Positions 10,145-21,188 of a stretch of DNA of 64,000 nucleotides are shown piece by piece. The notes beneath the pieces are model-generated. The model had not been told where the DNA came from, did not search any database, and worked only from the letters and a program-made list of their open reading frames with translations. This DNA is from TPA_inf: Saccharomyces. Its lineage: Eukaryota. Position numbers and translations under genes: made by a program. Every line of letters begins with the position of its first letter. Position 1 is the stretch's first letter. The stretch spans positions 256,001-320,000 of the forward strand of contig BK006944.2 in NCBI GenBank assembly GCA_000146045.2. Reading direction: 5' to 3'.

Positions 10145-13100
10145 TTAAGATCCCCCTGTTTCTTTTTTCTTTTTGAACCATCTTGTCAGCTTACGGGAAT
10201 TTTGTTCTTTAGGAACATCTGCGTTAGGAGGTTTCCTCATTATCCTAGATAACTTTGTCGGGGAAAATCTATTCCCCAAGTTACCTTTACCTTGCGAGTT
10301 TGGAAGCGTCAAGTAATCATCCTTGGCTCCATTTTCCGATGATGTTCCATGTACCGATGTTTTGTTGCTACTCTTGGGATTCTCATCACTTACATCAATA
10401 GTCAAAAATTTACAGTAACTATCTCCAACTGTGTTATTGGATTTACTAGAGACACCTTTTGTGAAGAATTTCTGCAATCTTGCGGAAGAGTTTTCATTTG
10501 TTGGTTTATTTAGTAGTTTAAGAACAATTTCTTTTCCCTCCTTTATTTCTTCATAAAAAATTTTATGTGAGAGTGAAATGGAGTATTTTTTGTCTTCAAA
10601 CAAAGTGCTGGAAGCACATTCATAACCTGACAACCGTTTTCTAATATGATTAATCCTATTATAGAGTAAACATGACTCTTGCTCCAATTCTTTCATTGCA
10701 TGCTTTTCCTCTTCTGCTTTCGGGATTATAGAATTAAATTTGATGCCTGAATTAGCGCCATTATCCAAATCTCTGCTTCTGGAACCTACATCATCGCTTT
10801 TCAGTAGGTTCATTAAATCATCTCCGAAGATCTCCGTGTTGTTTTCAGTTATTTTCTCAAATTCTAACTCTCCAATTTCTGGCTTAACCTCAATTGGTGA
10901 ATCCAAATCTTTTTTATCCACAGACAAATTTAGGCTGCTACCGCTTAACAGGCCCTCCTCTTCGATTAATTCTCCCTTCCCACCATTATCCATGTGATTG
11001 TATTTTTCCATCTTGGTCATATCTTCCTGACTGAAATTAACAATCAAGTTAACAAACTCAGTTTCTCTCAAATTCTTATCAAGCAGATAAGGAATCTGAG
11101 GCAAATCATCCAACATCGTTTGTTCAATGGCCAATTTGGGTCTCGAAATAGTAGAACTTAGGTTCAATATCTTTGAATTAAAATCTAGTTTCTTTTGCGT
11201 CATTTTATCAATGTAATCTAATAAGTCATTGTGTCTTTTATCGATAAAGTTATTCATCTTCATTAGCCAGGGCTCTTTGTTTGCAAACTGCGTCAAAGTG
11301 GACAGATTAAGTAAAACTTTACTTATTAGGGTAAGATTCCTTCTTGCTGTTTCGTTTAAATTTTGAGAAACATATTTGAATAGCTTAGGGTTTAATATGA
11401 CTGGACAAAAAAACCTTAAAAACAATAATCCTGATATACCATTCAAAATTATTTGCAAAGTGTCATCGATACAAATTATCTCTAGTTTTTGCCTAAAGAT
11501 TTTTAAAACATTTCTTATTTCAATCGGCAGGTCATTACTCGTTGCATACAGCCTTTTCCAAATCTTCGTAACCCAAGAATACAATCGTTTGTAGTTGTCG
11601 GCAATTATTTTCCTCTTTTTTACTTCATCTTTTTCTTTTACTCTAGCAGGATCCAATTCACATGATTTGTTTGACTCAATGATCTCTTTTAGTATTGCAC
11701 TAAGCGCTTTACTCAAATATTCATTACCCACTCTGAAAAAGTACTGTTCAATCGACTTTGTTAAGATAGAGTTACCACGGAATAAACTGTTGAAAACATG
11801 CTTTGAGTCTAAATTTTTCTGGTTTATTCTTGAAACCGTTCCATCAATTTTAGCCAATTCTTTGTCTATAAGGACGTGGAACCATTCTTCTATTCTTGAC
11901 AAAGATTGGAATATATCGAGAAAAATTATGGATGTTTGCGTCAATTTGTTATCATTCTCCATTGATGAAGAAGATTTGTAAATTAGATTGGAAACCATGG
12001 ACAAGTTTGCGTTCATCAAAAGTTTTTCCAATTTAACGAAATTGGTTGACGGTAAAATGAAGTTCAAATTTGAAGAAATTTTAATACAGATTGTTCCTAT
12101 TTGAAAATTTTTGTTATCAACGTCCATGATGGGTAGTCTTGTTTCCTTATTATATCTTGTATCATTTATTATTTCTTGTGTGATTTTTATTTTGCCTATC
12201 AATCGTAACCGTTTTTTATTATTGAGATCGTGGAATAACTGCTTGATTTCCAGATAAGAATTAGTAAGTCTTAAAAGTTCATTGAACTGAAACTCTTCTC
12301 TCCAAAATGGATTAGAGGAGTTTGAAACCATGGATGTTCTAGCCCATGTATGGCCCCAGGCCGTTATGTCTGTGAATATTGACCATGGCGTATTATTCTT
12401 GTCATTTAAATTGATTGACTGAAAATTAGCTTCCAGTATGGAAATTTTAAAGCTATTCGATATCTTCATATCATTTGATTTATCTGAGCCAGTAATAGAT
12501 AAGTATTCCGACCTAGCGAACGATTGTAACGCTATAAAACAATCCTCCAGGTCTATTCTTAAGGGAAACTCTACAATAATTTCTTGAGAAATATCACTAG
12601 AGTTGGTGGCAGCACTGGCAATATTTTCTATGCGAAACTTTTCGAGGCCCAACTGGCTCCTTAGTAATGGCAATTCACCTAAAAACAAACTGTTTTCACT
12701 TTGTAAAACAGATGAATCCAGAATTCTTATCTCTGATCTTAAAAGCTGGCTAATATTCAATGAGTAAATCAGAGAGCCGTCACTCTGTAAAAGAAGATCT
12801 AGCATGCCGTTTGATTTAAGCACCCCCATAGCGGAAAACCAACCTACGCTGTTGTCATCATTATTAATTATATCAGGGCTTTCTAAAATATTTGTTGCTG
12901 GCGGAAGGACGATGTTCTTAACGATGGGCCCAAAAACATTCAATTTGTAAACCAGCAAACTTTCTGGTTTCGCCATTTTTTTGCTTTTAAATTCTAGAGG
13001 TCGCGATACTTGAAACTTATTAAATATACCATTTGTCTTCATTGAGCTCCACCAGATCAGACATGTTAGCAATTTCTTGAAATCACTCCAACTTTTAACT

Positions 13101-13459
13101 CGCAGGTAAACTTTATTATCTTTACCTGAGGTGTTTACTTGGATTATAAAATTACAATTTGCATTAATATCCTTAAAAGAGGAATGCTTATCCTTAATAA
13201 TCTCGATTCTACATTGCTGTAGATGTTTGATAATTGGCTGAATATTAGTAGAGTCTGCTGTTAACTCATCGATTGAGTGGGTTAGTGCACCTGTACTGGT
13301 AATTTGCAGATAGTGTGTCTTCCAGTCGTTTAAGGACAGGTTATTACACCACTGAATCTCACCCTTAAAGGTATTCTTGTAATGCTTAACGTTGGACAAA
13401 AATTCATTCAATTTGAAATATGATGTTCGACTTTGGGCCGGTTCATTGTTGGAGCTCAT
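10145..13459 (-). CDS. BUD2: Bud2, GTPase-activating protein for Rsr1/Bud1 (RasGAP domain), 1104 aa; start is the internal Met 4 codons into the ORF
   Basis: The 1108-aa ORF contains a RasGAP-like FLRxxxPA-type region (...FLRFFCPVILNPKLF...). Its size and position match YKL092C. Confidence 0.9.
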   Translation of the reverse strand: MSSNNEPAQSRTSYFKLNEFLSNVKHYKNTFKGEIQWCNNLSLNDWKTHYLQITSTGALTHSIDELTADSTNIQPIIKHLQQCRIEIIKDKHSSFKDINANCNFIIQVNTSGKDNKVYLRVKSWSDFKKLLTCLIWWSSMKTNGIFNKFQVSRPLEFKSKKMAKPESLLVYKLNVFGPIVKNIVLPPATNILESPDIINNDDNSVGWFSAMGVLKSNGMLDLLLQSDGSLIYSLNISQLLRSEIRILDSSVLQSENSLFLGELPLLRSQLGLEKFRIENIASAATNSSDISQEIIVEFPLRIDLEDCFIALQSFARSEYLSITGSDKSNDMKISNSFKISILEANFQSINLNDKNNTPWSIFTDITAWGHTWARTSMVSNSSNPFWREEFQFNELLRLTNSYLEIKQLFHDLNNKKRLRLIGKIKITQEIINDTRYNKETRLPIMDVDNKNFQIGTICIKISSNLNFILPSTNFVKLEKLLMNANLSMVSNLIYKSSSSMENDNKLTQTSIIFLDIFQSLSRIEEWFHVLIDKELAKIDGTVSRINQKNLDSKHVFNSLFRGNSILTKSIEQYFFRVGNEYLSKALSAILKEIIESNKSCELDPARVKEKDEVKKRKIIADNYKRLYSWVTKIWKRLYATSNDLPIEIRNVLKIFRQKLEIICIDDTLQIILNGISGLLFLRFFCPVILNPKLFKYVSQNLNETARRNLTLISKVLLNLSTLTQFANKEPWLMKMNNFIDKRHNDLLDYIDKMTQKKLDFNSKILNLSSTISRPKLAIEQTMLDDLPQIPYLLDKNLRETEFVNLIVNFSQEDMTKMEKYNHMDNGGKGELIEEEGLLSGSSLNLSVDKKDLDSPIEVKPEIGELEFEKITENNTEIFGDDLMNLLKSDDVGSRSRDLDNGANSGIKFNSIIPKAEEEKHAMKELEQESCLLYNRINHIRKRLSGYECASSTLFEDKKYSISLSHKIFYEEIKEGKEIVLKLLNKPTNENSSARLQKFFTKGVSSKSNNTVGDSYCKFLTIDVSDENPKSSNKTSVHGTSSENGAKDDYLTLPNSQGKGNLGNRFSPTKLSRIMRKPPNADVPKEQNSRKLTRWFKKKKETGGS

Positions 13460-13717
13460 AATATGATACAATCAAAGATAAACACCACGACGTATGCACG
13501 GATAAAGTTTTCAGTCTGACCGAGTAGTTATTCCTACTATTTTGTTGTTTCTTCCTCCGTTTTCATAAATGGCGTTTGTTTGGATACCTTTCTTTTTTAT
13601 CGAACAGAACGCGTTCAAGAATGAAAGTCATTAATTATTATTAGATACAGAGATATACATATTATAGAGTATGCATGCTATATTCACGGAAAGCTACGAC
13701 GAAGGCCTGTATCATAG

Positions 13718-14650
13718 TTAGCTGGTAACAGTAAATTTACCAAAAATGTTGGGAATTTCACCTTCTGGTCCGATGTATCTAGGGTCTCTCCAGGGACCAA
13801 TATCGGAATAGTAGAACTTATCATTAGGGTTGTGCAAGACAGATGTACCACCATATTTAACAGGCAAGTTCTCGATTGGAATTTGTTTTAATAATTCCTT
13901 TTTATAAGAAGAGCCAAGAATAAAGATTTTTGACACGGTTACTGGATCCAAGAAGGGTTTAACCATCTTGAACATCGTCGAGAAACCAAATGGACTGTGT
14001 ATAATATAAAACTTACCCATTCTTTCAGGATAATAATTTTGACTGATATCTGCAACATCTTTAATATAGGAAAGCACATGATAAGCATTAGAAAGTGAGA
14101 TACCCTTCAAGTCCAGCACAGTGCACGAAGTTTCAATAAGGTAGCCAGCTCTTCTCGAACACGCTGGGACCCGGTACGTGGCAAATAATTCGTACTCCTT
14201 GACTAAGTTTCTTAGCATCTGTTTTTCGGTAGTGATCTTGTACATTTTCTTTAAGTTAATTCCTCCTAGTTCTTCGAAGTACAATGGTCTCCCATCCTTA
14301 TCAACGTGATGGTAATACTGAGGGTACATTTTGGCCAATTTGATTCTTTCTTTGTCTTCGGCTTCCTTGTTGTTTTCATAATCCTCGATAATAGTGTTGG
14401 CACCGTATTCTTCCCTCCATCGTTCAGTTTCTACAAACATCTCAACGCTAGCATTGATATCAAATTTCCTTGCCCGTAGAAATCGCAATAGCGTAGAATC
14501 ATCCAGCCTTTCTTTGTAATTCTTTTCTAACAAGATTGACCTAAATTGCAAAAGCGCTTCCTCTTGCTCCTTAGTCAAATTGCCGGGAGTACCTGGCAAA
14601 GCATTGGGGGAGCATATTTGAGGATAAGTATCGAGTATGCTGGTTGTCAT
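13718..14650 (-). CDS. SFH1: Sec14-family phosphatidylinositol transfer protein homolog (CRAL-TRIO), 310 aa
   Basis: ...[43 protein letters not shown]... is the canonical Sec14 N-terminus. Matches YKL091C. Confidence 0.9.
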   Translation of the reverse strand: MTTSILDTYPQICSPNALPGTPGNLTKEQEEALLQFRSILLEKNYKERLDDSTLLRFLRARKFDINASVEMFVETERWREEYGANTIIEDYENNKEAEDKERIKLAKMYPQYYHHVDKDGRPLYFEELGGINLKKMYKITTEKQMLRNLVKEYELFATYRVPACSRRAGYLIETSCTVLDLKGISLSNAYHVLSYIKDVADISQNYYPERMGKFYIIHSPFGFSTMFKMVKPFLDPVTVSKIFILGSSYKKELLKQIPIENLPVKYGGTSVLHNPNDKFYYSDIGPWRDPRYIGPEGEIPNIFGKFTVTS

Positions 14651-15877
14651 TCTTCCTTTCCAGTTTTAACAGTGCGCAAATGTATTGCTTTTCAGATTTA
14701 TTTCCCCGTTATACAAGTTCAAGGAAATGTTTGAGTAGAGAGAATCACGATCTAAATAATAATCCGAAGAATTTAAAAAGGAGTAAATAGGGGCATACAA
14801 GAGGGGGAATTTCAGAAGTGCCTGTTATGTAAAAAAGATATGATAACACATAATGGATTGCATACCAGTAAATTTCCATATGTACTATGCCGACCTCTTT
14901 TCATGTAAACGCCTTGCAAATTCATACTTAATGATTACAAGAAAGTAATATGTAAATTTTAAGCTCAGGTTCAAGGTTTATAAGGGCCTTCGTCTCTGAT
15001 AGAAGAATCAAGTTGGTAAATCCAAATGGAAGTACGGGTCCCAATAGCAGGTTTGATTTTTGAAGGTGACTCGAGATATATCAGCTGCCGCCCCTGAATC
15101 AGCAGTAATTATAACTGAAGAGAACGGACAATGTTTTACGTATAATTAAGGCACATAAATTCCATCTGGAGTGTTCTGAAGTCGCTTACTTGGTGAGATA
15201 TTGAGGTGTCATCAGATAGGACAATAGTAGGAGAAAGGACCATCTGGAGGTTAATCACCTGTTGTCTTACTATCCGGTCCTCAGGGTCCATAAAAAAATA
15301 CTTTCAACAAAATCTGGATGCATTGAAAAGGTTGTTTTCAAACAGTCTGCAGTTTGTAATTCACCCACATGCCTTTTTTTGTATTCATATTAGCTTTTCT
15401 TGCATAATTAGGGACATATAAATCGTGCACACATGGATATTTCTTCATAATATTATAGTCTGATTGATATTCAAAATTTGAAACATTTCCATAAATAATG
15501 GATAGGGGACAGCCAAAAAAAAACTGTTGTGCTCGATCCTGAATGGAAAAGACTGACACTATAAGGAGACTTATTCTAGATATCGTAGAACAAACATATG
15601 TTACTTTAACGTCGCTGGACACTCACAGACAAGCCTCAGGGGAGACGTTTGAAACCGTAGAGGAATACGTATGAAATATAAATCAACAAACATACGTACT
15701 GAATTATGTATCAGGATATATTGCTTTCACAGTTTGGAAATTGCCTCTATCACCAAGATATTCACTGTTAAAAAAAAAAATGCGAAAAAATTCAAATTTC
15801 AACAGCGATATTCGCCTTCAGTATATCAATATAAAGCAATTATGACACCTCATTTATCGTGCATATAAGATCATGCA

Positions 15878-17209
15878 ATGAGTATGGATAACAATGATGA
15901 CCATGAATCTAAATTGTCAATCTTGATGGACATGTTTCCAGCTATTTCCAAATCCAAATTACAAGTACATTTACTTGAAAACAATAATGATTTGGATTTA
16001 ACGATAGGCTTGCTGTTAAAAGAAAACGACGATAAGTCTACAGTTGATAATGAATTACATCAACTGTACGACATGTTTCCTCAGCTTGATTGCAGCGTTA
16101 TAAAAGATCAGTTTGTAATAAATGAGAAGTCCGTAGAATCGACTATTTCTGATCTTCTGAATTATGAAACCCTGCAAAAACTTAAAGACAATCAAGCAAA
16201 TTCTCCTGATAGCGTAAAAAGGAACGAAAAGAAAAATAATTGGGAATCAACAAACGATCACATAGAGAGTATAATAAAGTTTACCGACGCTCCCAAAAAT
16301 ATTGCGCAGGAATACTTAGCCGAAAATGGTTTTGATACAGTAAAGGCGATCATCAAAATCATTTTGGATTATTACGACAAAAGGGATTTTAAAAAAGATG
16401 TGGATACTTTCAAAGTAAAACGGAGTCCTAATACGACTGTGAGAGGTGGTCGAGTTCAATCATCGACGGGGCTTGCCCACGTTTTGAAAAAGGGTAAAGA
16501 ATCCGCAAATGTTGCTCAAGAGAGTCTCAAAAGGCCAAGGAGTTATAAGCACTCCTTGGATAGTCCGCAGATGGTTGAGTTAAATGAATTAGTTGCAGAT
16601 AATCGCGATCTCAAAGCCATAAACCATGAATTTTTGCAAAAATGCCTGCAATTTTATGATGGAGATGTTGTAAAGGTGTTGAACATATCGTCCTTATTGA
16701 TCGAAGATGACAAGAATATTACGAAAACTTGGAACTTTGACGAAGGTTTTACCTTGACATCCAGAGATAATTGTAAGCAACATTTACCCAAATTTTCAAC
16801 ACCGCAGATTTCCCGCAGAAATGAGGTAGGAAATACTTATAAATTGCCCCTTCATGACAAAGAAACCCCCGAGGGAGCTGTGCCGGTTATAAATAACCTG
16901 TTTCAAACATACAGATTGGATTTCCATGGTTTTCTTCCCAGTGAAGCGGTTTCAACACTGAAACTTGCATTAAATAAGTGGTGGTCCAAAGAGGTAGCAG
17001 AACGAGAGTTGAACTCCCACAACATAAACTCATATGGCTCAAAAGTACAGTTTGTAAGCCCGTTAATCGTGGTAACTGGTAGAGGTATCCACAGCATCGG
17101 CGGGATCTCAAAGGTTCGACTGCAGGTTAAAAGTTTTCTTGAAAAAAATCACTACATATTTTGGGAAGAATCTTCCTACTTCAGAATTGAGGGTAAGAAG
17201 AAGAAATAA
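15878..17209 (+). CDS. CUE2: Cue2, two N-terminal CUE ubiquitin-binding domains and a C-terminal SMR endonuclease domain, 443 aa
   Basis: Two CUE-like segments (LSILMDMFPAISKSKLQVHLLENNNDLDLTIGLLL; LHQLYDMFPQLDCSVIKDQF...) and a C-terminal SMR-like LDFHGFLPSEA...VTGRGIHS. Confidence 0.9.
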   Translation: MSMDNNDDHESKLSILMDMFPAISKSKLQVHLLENNNDLDLTIGLLLKENDDKSTVDNELHQLYDMFPQLDCSVIKDQFVINEKSVESTISDLLNYETLQKLKDNQANSPDSVKRNEKKNNWESTNDHIESIIKFTDAPKNIAQEYLAENGFDTVKAIIKIILDYYDKRDFKKDVDTFKVKRSPNTTVRGGRVQSSTGLAHVLKKGKESANVAQESLKRPRSYKHSLDSPQMVELNELVADNRDLKAINHEFLQKCLQFYDGDVVKVLNISSLLIEDDKNITKTWNFDEGFTLTSRDNCKQHLPKFSTPQISRRNEVGNTYKLPLHDKETPEGAVPVINNLFQTYRLDFHGFLPSEAVSTLKLALNKWWSKEVAERELNSHNINSYGSKVQFVSPLIVVTGRGIHSIGGISKVRLQVKSFLEKNHYIFWEESSYFRIEGKKKK

Positions 17210-17298
17210 AACCTATCTGATTTTTCTATAAAGGTTATAAACGCTAGGCTTCTTTAAACTGCATTGGGTTTTTTCTCAATTTCGAGAAAAATAATATA

Positions 17299-17304
17299 AC
17301 GCGT
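17299..17304. promoter_or_regulatory. MCB element ACGCGT ~90 bp upstream of MIF2
   Basis: Exact MluI cell-cycle box hexamer in the MIF2 promoter. A G1/S-type element is plausible for a kinetochore gene. Confidence 0.3.
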
Positions 17305-17393
17305 TAGAAATGGTGATGTAAATAAATGAATGTTAGAAAAATACATACGTTAAACAAATAAGTTAGACATTAGCACAGGACAGCACTTCACTC

Positions 17394-19043
17394 ATGGATT
17401 ATATGAAATTGGGGCTTAAGTCCCGTAAAACTGGTATTGATGTTAAGCAAGATATACCCAAAGATGAATACAGCATGGAAAATATTGATGATTTTTTCAA
17501 AGATGATGAAACTAGTCTTATCAGTATGAGAAGGAAAAGCAGAAGAAAATCATCGCTTTTCTTACCATCAACGTTAAATGGCGATACTAAGAACGTATTA
17601 CCGCCATTTCTACAGTCATATAAATCTCAAGATGATGAAGTTGTCCAAAGCCCATCTGGGAAAGGCGATGGATCAAGACGATCATCTTTGTTAAGCCATC
17701 AATCAAACTTCCTGAGTCCAGCCAATGATTTCGAGCCTATTGAGGAAGAACCAGAACAAGAAGAAAATGATATCAGAGGCAATGATTTTGCCACACCAAT
17801 CACACAGAAATTGAGTAAACCTACATATAAAAGAAAGTACTCCACTCGGTATAGCCTTGACACTTCAGAAAGCCCTTCTGTAAGGTTGACACCTGATAGA
17901 ATCACTAATAAGAATGTTTATTCAGATGTACCTGATTTGGTTGCTGATGAGGATGACGATGATAGAGTAAACACTTCTTTAAACACATCTGATAACGCAT
18001 TATTAGAAGACGAATTAGAAGATGACGGGTTTATACCTGAAAGTGAAGAGGACGGTGATTACATTGAAAGTGACTCATCTTTGGATTCAGGCTCGGATTC
18101 AGCCAGTGATTCAGATGGAGATAACACCTATCAAGAAGTAGAAGAGGAGGCTGAGGTGAACACAAATGACAATGAAGATGATTATATAAGACGACAAGCG
18201 AGTGATGTGGTTCGTACAGATTCAATAATTGATAGAAACGGGCTTCGGAAATCTACAAGAGTCAAGGTGGCGCCTTTGCAGTATTGGAGGAACGAAAAAA
18301 TAGTATATAAGAGGAAGTCCAATAAACCCGTTCTTGACATAGACAAAATTGTCACATATGATGAATCTGAAGACGAAGAGGAGATATTGGCAGCACAAAG
18401 AAGGAAGAAACAAAAAAAAAAACCTACACCAACCAGACCTTACAACTACGTACCTACGGGGAGACCAAGAGGAAGGCCAAAGAAGGATCCAAATGCAAAG
18501 GAAAATTTGATTCCAGAAGATCCCAACGAGGATATTATAGAAAGGATAGAATCTGGAGGCATAGAAAATGGCGAGTGGCTGAAACATGGAATACTGGAAG
18601 CTAATGTGAAAATTAGCGACACTAAGGAGGAAACTAAGGATGAAATTATTGCATTCGCGCCCAATTTGTCGCAAACTGAACAAGTAAAAGACACGAAGGA
18701 CGAGAATTTTGCCCTTGAGATAATGTTCGATAAGCATAAAGAATATTTTGCTAGCGGCATATTAAAACTACCAGCTATTTCTGGACAAAAGAAATTAAGC
18801 AACTCATTTAGGACATATATTACGTTCCACGTGATACAGGGAATAGTCGAAGTAACTGTATGTAAGAACAAGTTCTTGAGCGTTAAAGGTTCCACTTTCC
18901 AAATACCGGCATTCAACGAGTACGCGATTGCCAATAGAGGGAATGATGAAGCCAAAATGTTCTTCGTTCAAGTGACCGTTTCAGAAGACGCTAACGATGA
19001 CAACGACAAAGAATTAGACAGTACGTTTGACACTTTTGGGTAA
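17394..19043 (+). CDS. MIF2: Mif2, CENP-C homolog, inner kinetochore; AT-hook (GRPRGRPKK), CENP-C motif and C-terminal cupin fold, 549 aa
   Basis: PTGRPRGRPKKDP AT-hook, ...NGLRKSTRVKVAPLQYWRNEK CENP-C signature motif, and a C-terminal cupin-like segment. Confidence 0.95.
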   Translation: MDYMKLGLKSRKTGIDVKQDIPKDEYSMENIDDFFKDDETSLISMRRKSRRKSSLFLPSTLNGDTKNVLPPFLQSYKSQDDEVVQSPSGKGDGSRRSSLLSHQSNFLSPANDFEPIEEEPEQEENDIRGNDFATPITQKLSKPTYKRKYSTRYSLDTSESPSVRLTPDRITNKNVYSDVPDLVADEDDDDRVNTSLNTSDNALLEDELEDDGFIPESEEDGDYIESDSSLDSGSDSASDSDGDNTYQEVEEEAEVNTNDNEDDYIRRQASDVVRTDSIIDRNGLRKSTRVKVAPLQYWRNEKIVYKRKSNKPVLDIDKIVTYDESEDEEEILAAQRRKKQKKKPTPTRPYNYVPTGRPRGRPKKDPNAKENLIPEDPNEDIIERIESGGIENGEWLKHGILEANVKISDTKEETKDEIIAFAPNLSQTEQVKDTKDENFALEIMFDKHKEYFASGILKLPAISGQKKLSNSFRTYITFHVIQGIVEVTVCKNKFLSVKGSTFQIPAFNEYAIANRGNDEAKMFFVQVTVSEDANDDNDKELDSTFDTFG

Positions 19044-19282
19044 TTATGATGTGAATATTCTCATTATGCATGCTATGTACTGAAGAAATATAACTAGGTC
19101 CATACGCTTATACTGTTAAACATGTGAACTTTTCTGTAAGAAAATGAATCACGTAAAATTTCGCACCGAACTTTCGTAGATGAGAGAACAAAAAGCAGAA
19201 AAAGAGAAAGAACAGTAAAGTAACACTTAGTTAGCATATTTAAATAAAAGTCTAAAGGACCAGCAAAGAGTTATTAGGTGTG

Positions 19283-20998
19283 ATGACGGATGAAAAAGTG
19301 AACTCAGATCAGAATATGAACGGTAAGCAGGGAGTTAACTTAATTTCATCCTTGCCTACAACACAAGTGCCGGTTTCAATTTTGACCAACAAGGAGAGAA
19401 GAAAAAGTATTCACGATGAATCAAATTTCGAAAGATCTGATAGTCATGAAGATCAATCAAAATCCAACTCTAATAGGAGGAATATTTACAAAAACGATTA
19501 TAGCACAAATTTGAGGGATTTCTCTTTTGCCAATCTGAAGCAAAATAGTGAAAGGAACAAAGATGGCCATGAAATACAGATCAACACCAGTATGCCAGCT
19601 AATACAAATGGCCAGCAAAAAAGGTTTTCACCTTCATTACCTTCTGCTGTTTCATTTACGGTGCCCGAGGTGGAAAGGTTGCCGTATCATAGATATTCGA
19701 TATCCAATAAACCTGGAAAGCAGCAGCAGCAGCAGGAACAACTGCAGCAAAATCAACAACAAGAAGAGCAGCAAAAGGCACAACTGCAGGAGCAAAATCA
19801 ACGAGCAAAACAGCAAGAAGAGGTGAAGCAAATTCAGGAGCAAGTGCAAAAAAAGCAAACTGAAAGACAGCAACTGATAGACGAAAAGGAGAGGATAGCG
19901 AATGCAATATTTAAGGAGAACACTACTAATGATGGTACTGATATCAGGAAACATTCGGTATCGAGTGGTACGAGCAATAGCGAAGATGAAGTAGATTCAC
20001 CTTCGATGGAAAAAAATTCTATCGTTCATATGCCAGGTGATTTTATCTACTTCAATCCCAAGTCAAACGCTTCTAAACCTATCACTGCAAAGGCGGCGCC
20101 ATTATCGGCTAATAACTCCACACATAAAAACAAGGAAGTTATCACTGCACCCACAGGGCCTCGTGTACCCTTCACAGAGTTCTTTCAGAAGGAAGACGAC
20201 AAGAAATTCCACATTCTCATTGGTGCGACGGGCTCAGTTGCCACAATAAAAGTACCTCTAATTATTGATAAACTTTTCAAGATATATGGGCCTGAGAAAA
20301 TCTCTATTCAGTTGATTGTCACAAAACCCGCTGAGCATTTTTTGAAAGGGCTCAAAATGTCAACACACGTTAAAATTTGGAGGGAGGAAGACGCTTGGGT
20401 ATTCGACGCTGTGAATAAGAATGATACTAGCTTGAGTCTGAACTTGATATTGCACCATGAATTAAGAAAATGGGCTGATATTTTCCTGATTGCGCCTTTG
20501 TCAGCTAACACACTTGCTAAACTGGCCAATGGTATATGTAACAATTTGCTAACTTCTGTGATGAGAGATTGGTCACCACTGACCCCAGTGTTGATTGCGC
20601 CTGCAATGAATACATTCATGTATATCAATCCTATGACAAAGAAACACCTGACGAGTTTAGTGCAAGACTATCCGTTCATCCAAGTTTTGAAACCGGTGGA
20701 AAAGGTATTAATATGCGGAGATATTGGTATGGGTGGTATGAGAGAATGGACAGATATTGTAGAGATCGTTAGGAGGAGAATCAATGAAATACGGAAAGCT
20801 AGGGACGAGGAAACTGGTGATAAAGAGCAAGAACAAGAAGAACAAGAGGGTGCTGACAATGAGGACGACGATGATGAGGATGACGAAGAGGATGAGGAGG
20901 ACGAGGAGGAGGAAGAAGCTCTAAATGAAACAGCATCCGATGAGAGCAATGACGAGGAAGACGAAGAGGATGAGGAAGACGTGAAAACCGAAGTTTAA
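19283..20998 (+). CDS. CAB3: Cab3, phosphopantothenoylcysteine decarboxylase subunit (flavoprotein fold), with an N-terminal poly-Q/coiled region and a long acidic C-terminal tail, 571 aa
   Basis: HILIGATGSVATIKVPLII... flavoprotein (HFCD) fold, and a D/E tail. The ORF begins MM. I chose the second Met from my memory of 571 aa, so the start could be 3 nt earlier. Confidence 0.85.
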   Translation: MTDEKVNSDQNMNGKQGVNLISSLPTTQVPVSILTNKERRKSIHDESNFERSDSHEDQSKSNSNRRNIYKNDYSTNLRDFSFANLKQNSERNKDGHEIQINTSMPANTNGQQKRFSPSLPSAVSFTVPEVERLPYHRYSISNKPGKQQQQQEQLQQNQQQEEQQKAQLQEQNQRAKQQEEVKQIQEQVQKKQTERQQLIDEKERIANAIFKENTTNDGTDIRKHSVSSGTSNSEDEVDSPSMEKNSIVHMPGDFIYFNPKSNASKPITAKAAPLSANNSTHKNKEVITAPTGPRVPFTEFFQKEDDKKFHILIGATGSVATIKVPLIIDKLFKIYGPEKISIQLIVTKPAEHFLKGLKMSTHVKIWREEDAWVFDAVNKNDTSLSLNLILHHELRKWADIFLIAPLSANTLAKLANGICNNLLTSVMRDWSPLTPVLIAPAMNTFMYINPMTKKHLTSLVQDYPFIQVLKPVEKVLICGDIGMGGMREWTDIVEIVRRRINEIRKARDEETGDKEQEQEEQEGADNEDDDDEDDEEDEEDEEEEEALNETASDESNDEEDEEDEEDVKTEV

Positions 20999-21188
20999 AT
21001 GCATTAGAAAAGAGTATTTTGTGTTATGTTTTATGTTTTATTTTTTTTTTTTTTGTTTATTCCTTAAAAGAAGATTACTGCTTTTTCATTCCCTAGTTTC
21101 TAAATTGAGTGCCTAAATAAGATTAAATAAATATGTATGTGGAAACTAGGGAGGGTATGTTTTTATTTACAGGAATAGTTGTAGTAAT

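Noticed and set aside
18222-18955. Two overlapping ~170-aa minus-strand ORFs antisense to MIF2
   Set aside because: They are antisense to an essential, conserved gene. Their composition is the mirror of MIF2's acidic and Lys-rich region. They are spurious.
19652-19954. 100-aa poly-Leu ORF antisense to CAB3 (and the poly-Ser ORF at 20668-20949)
   Set aside because: They are artefacts of the CAG/CAA (poly-Q) and GAA/GAT (acidic tail) repeats read on the opposite strand.
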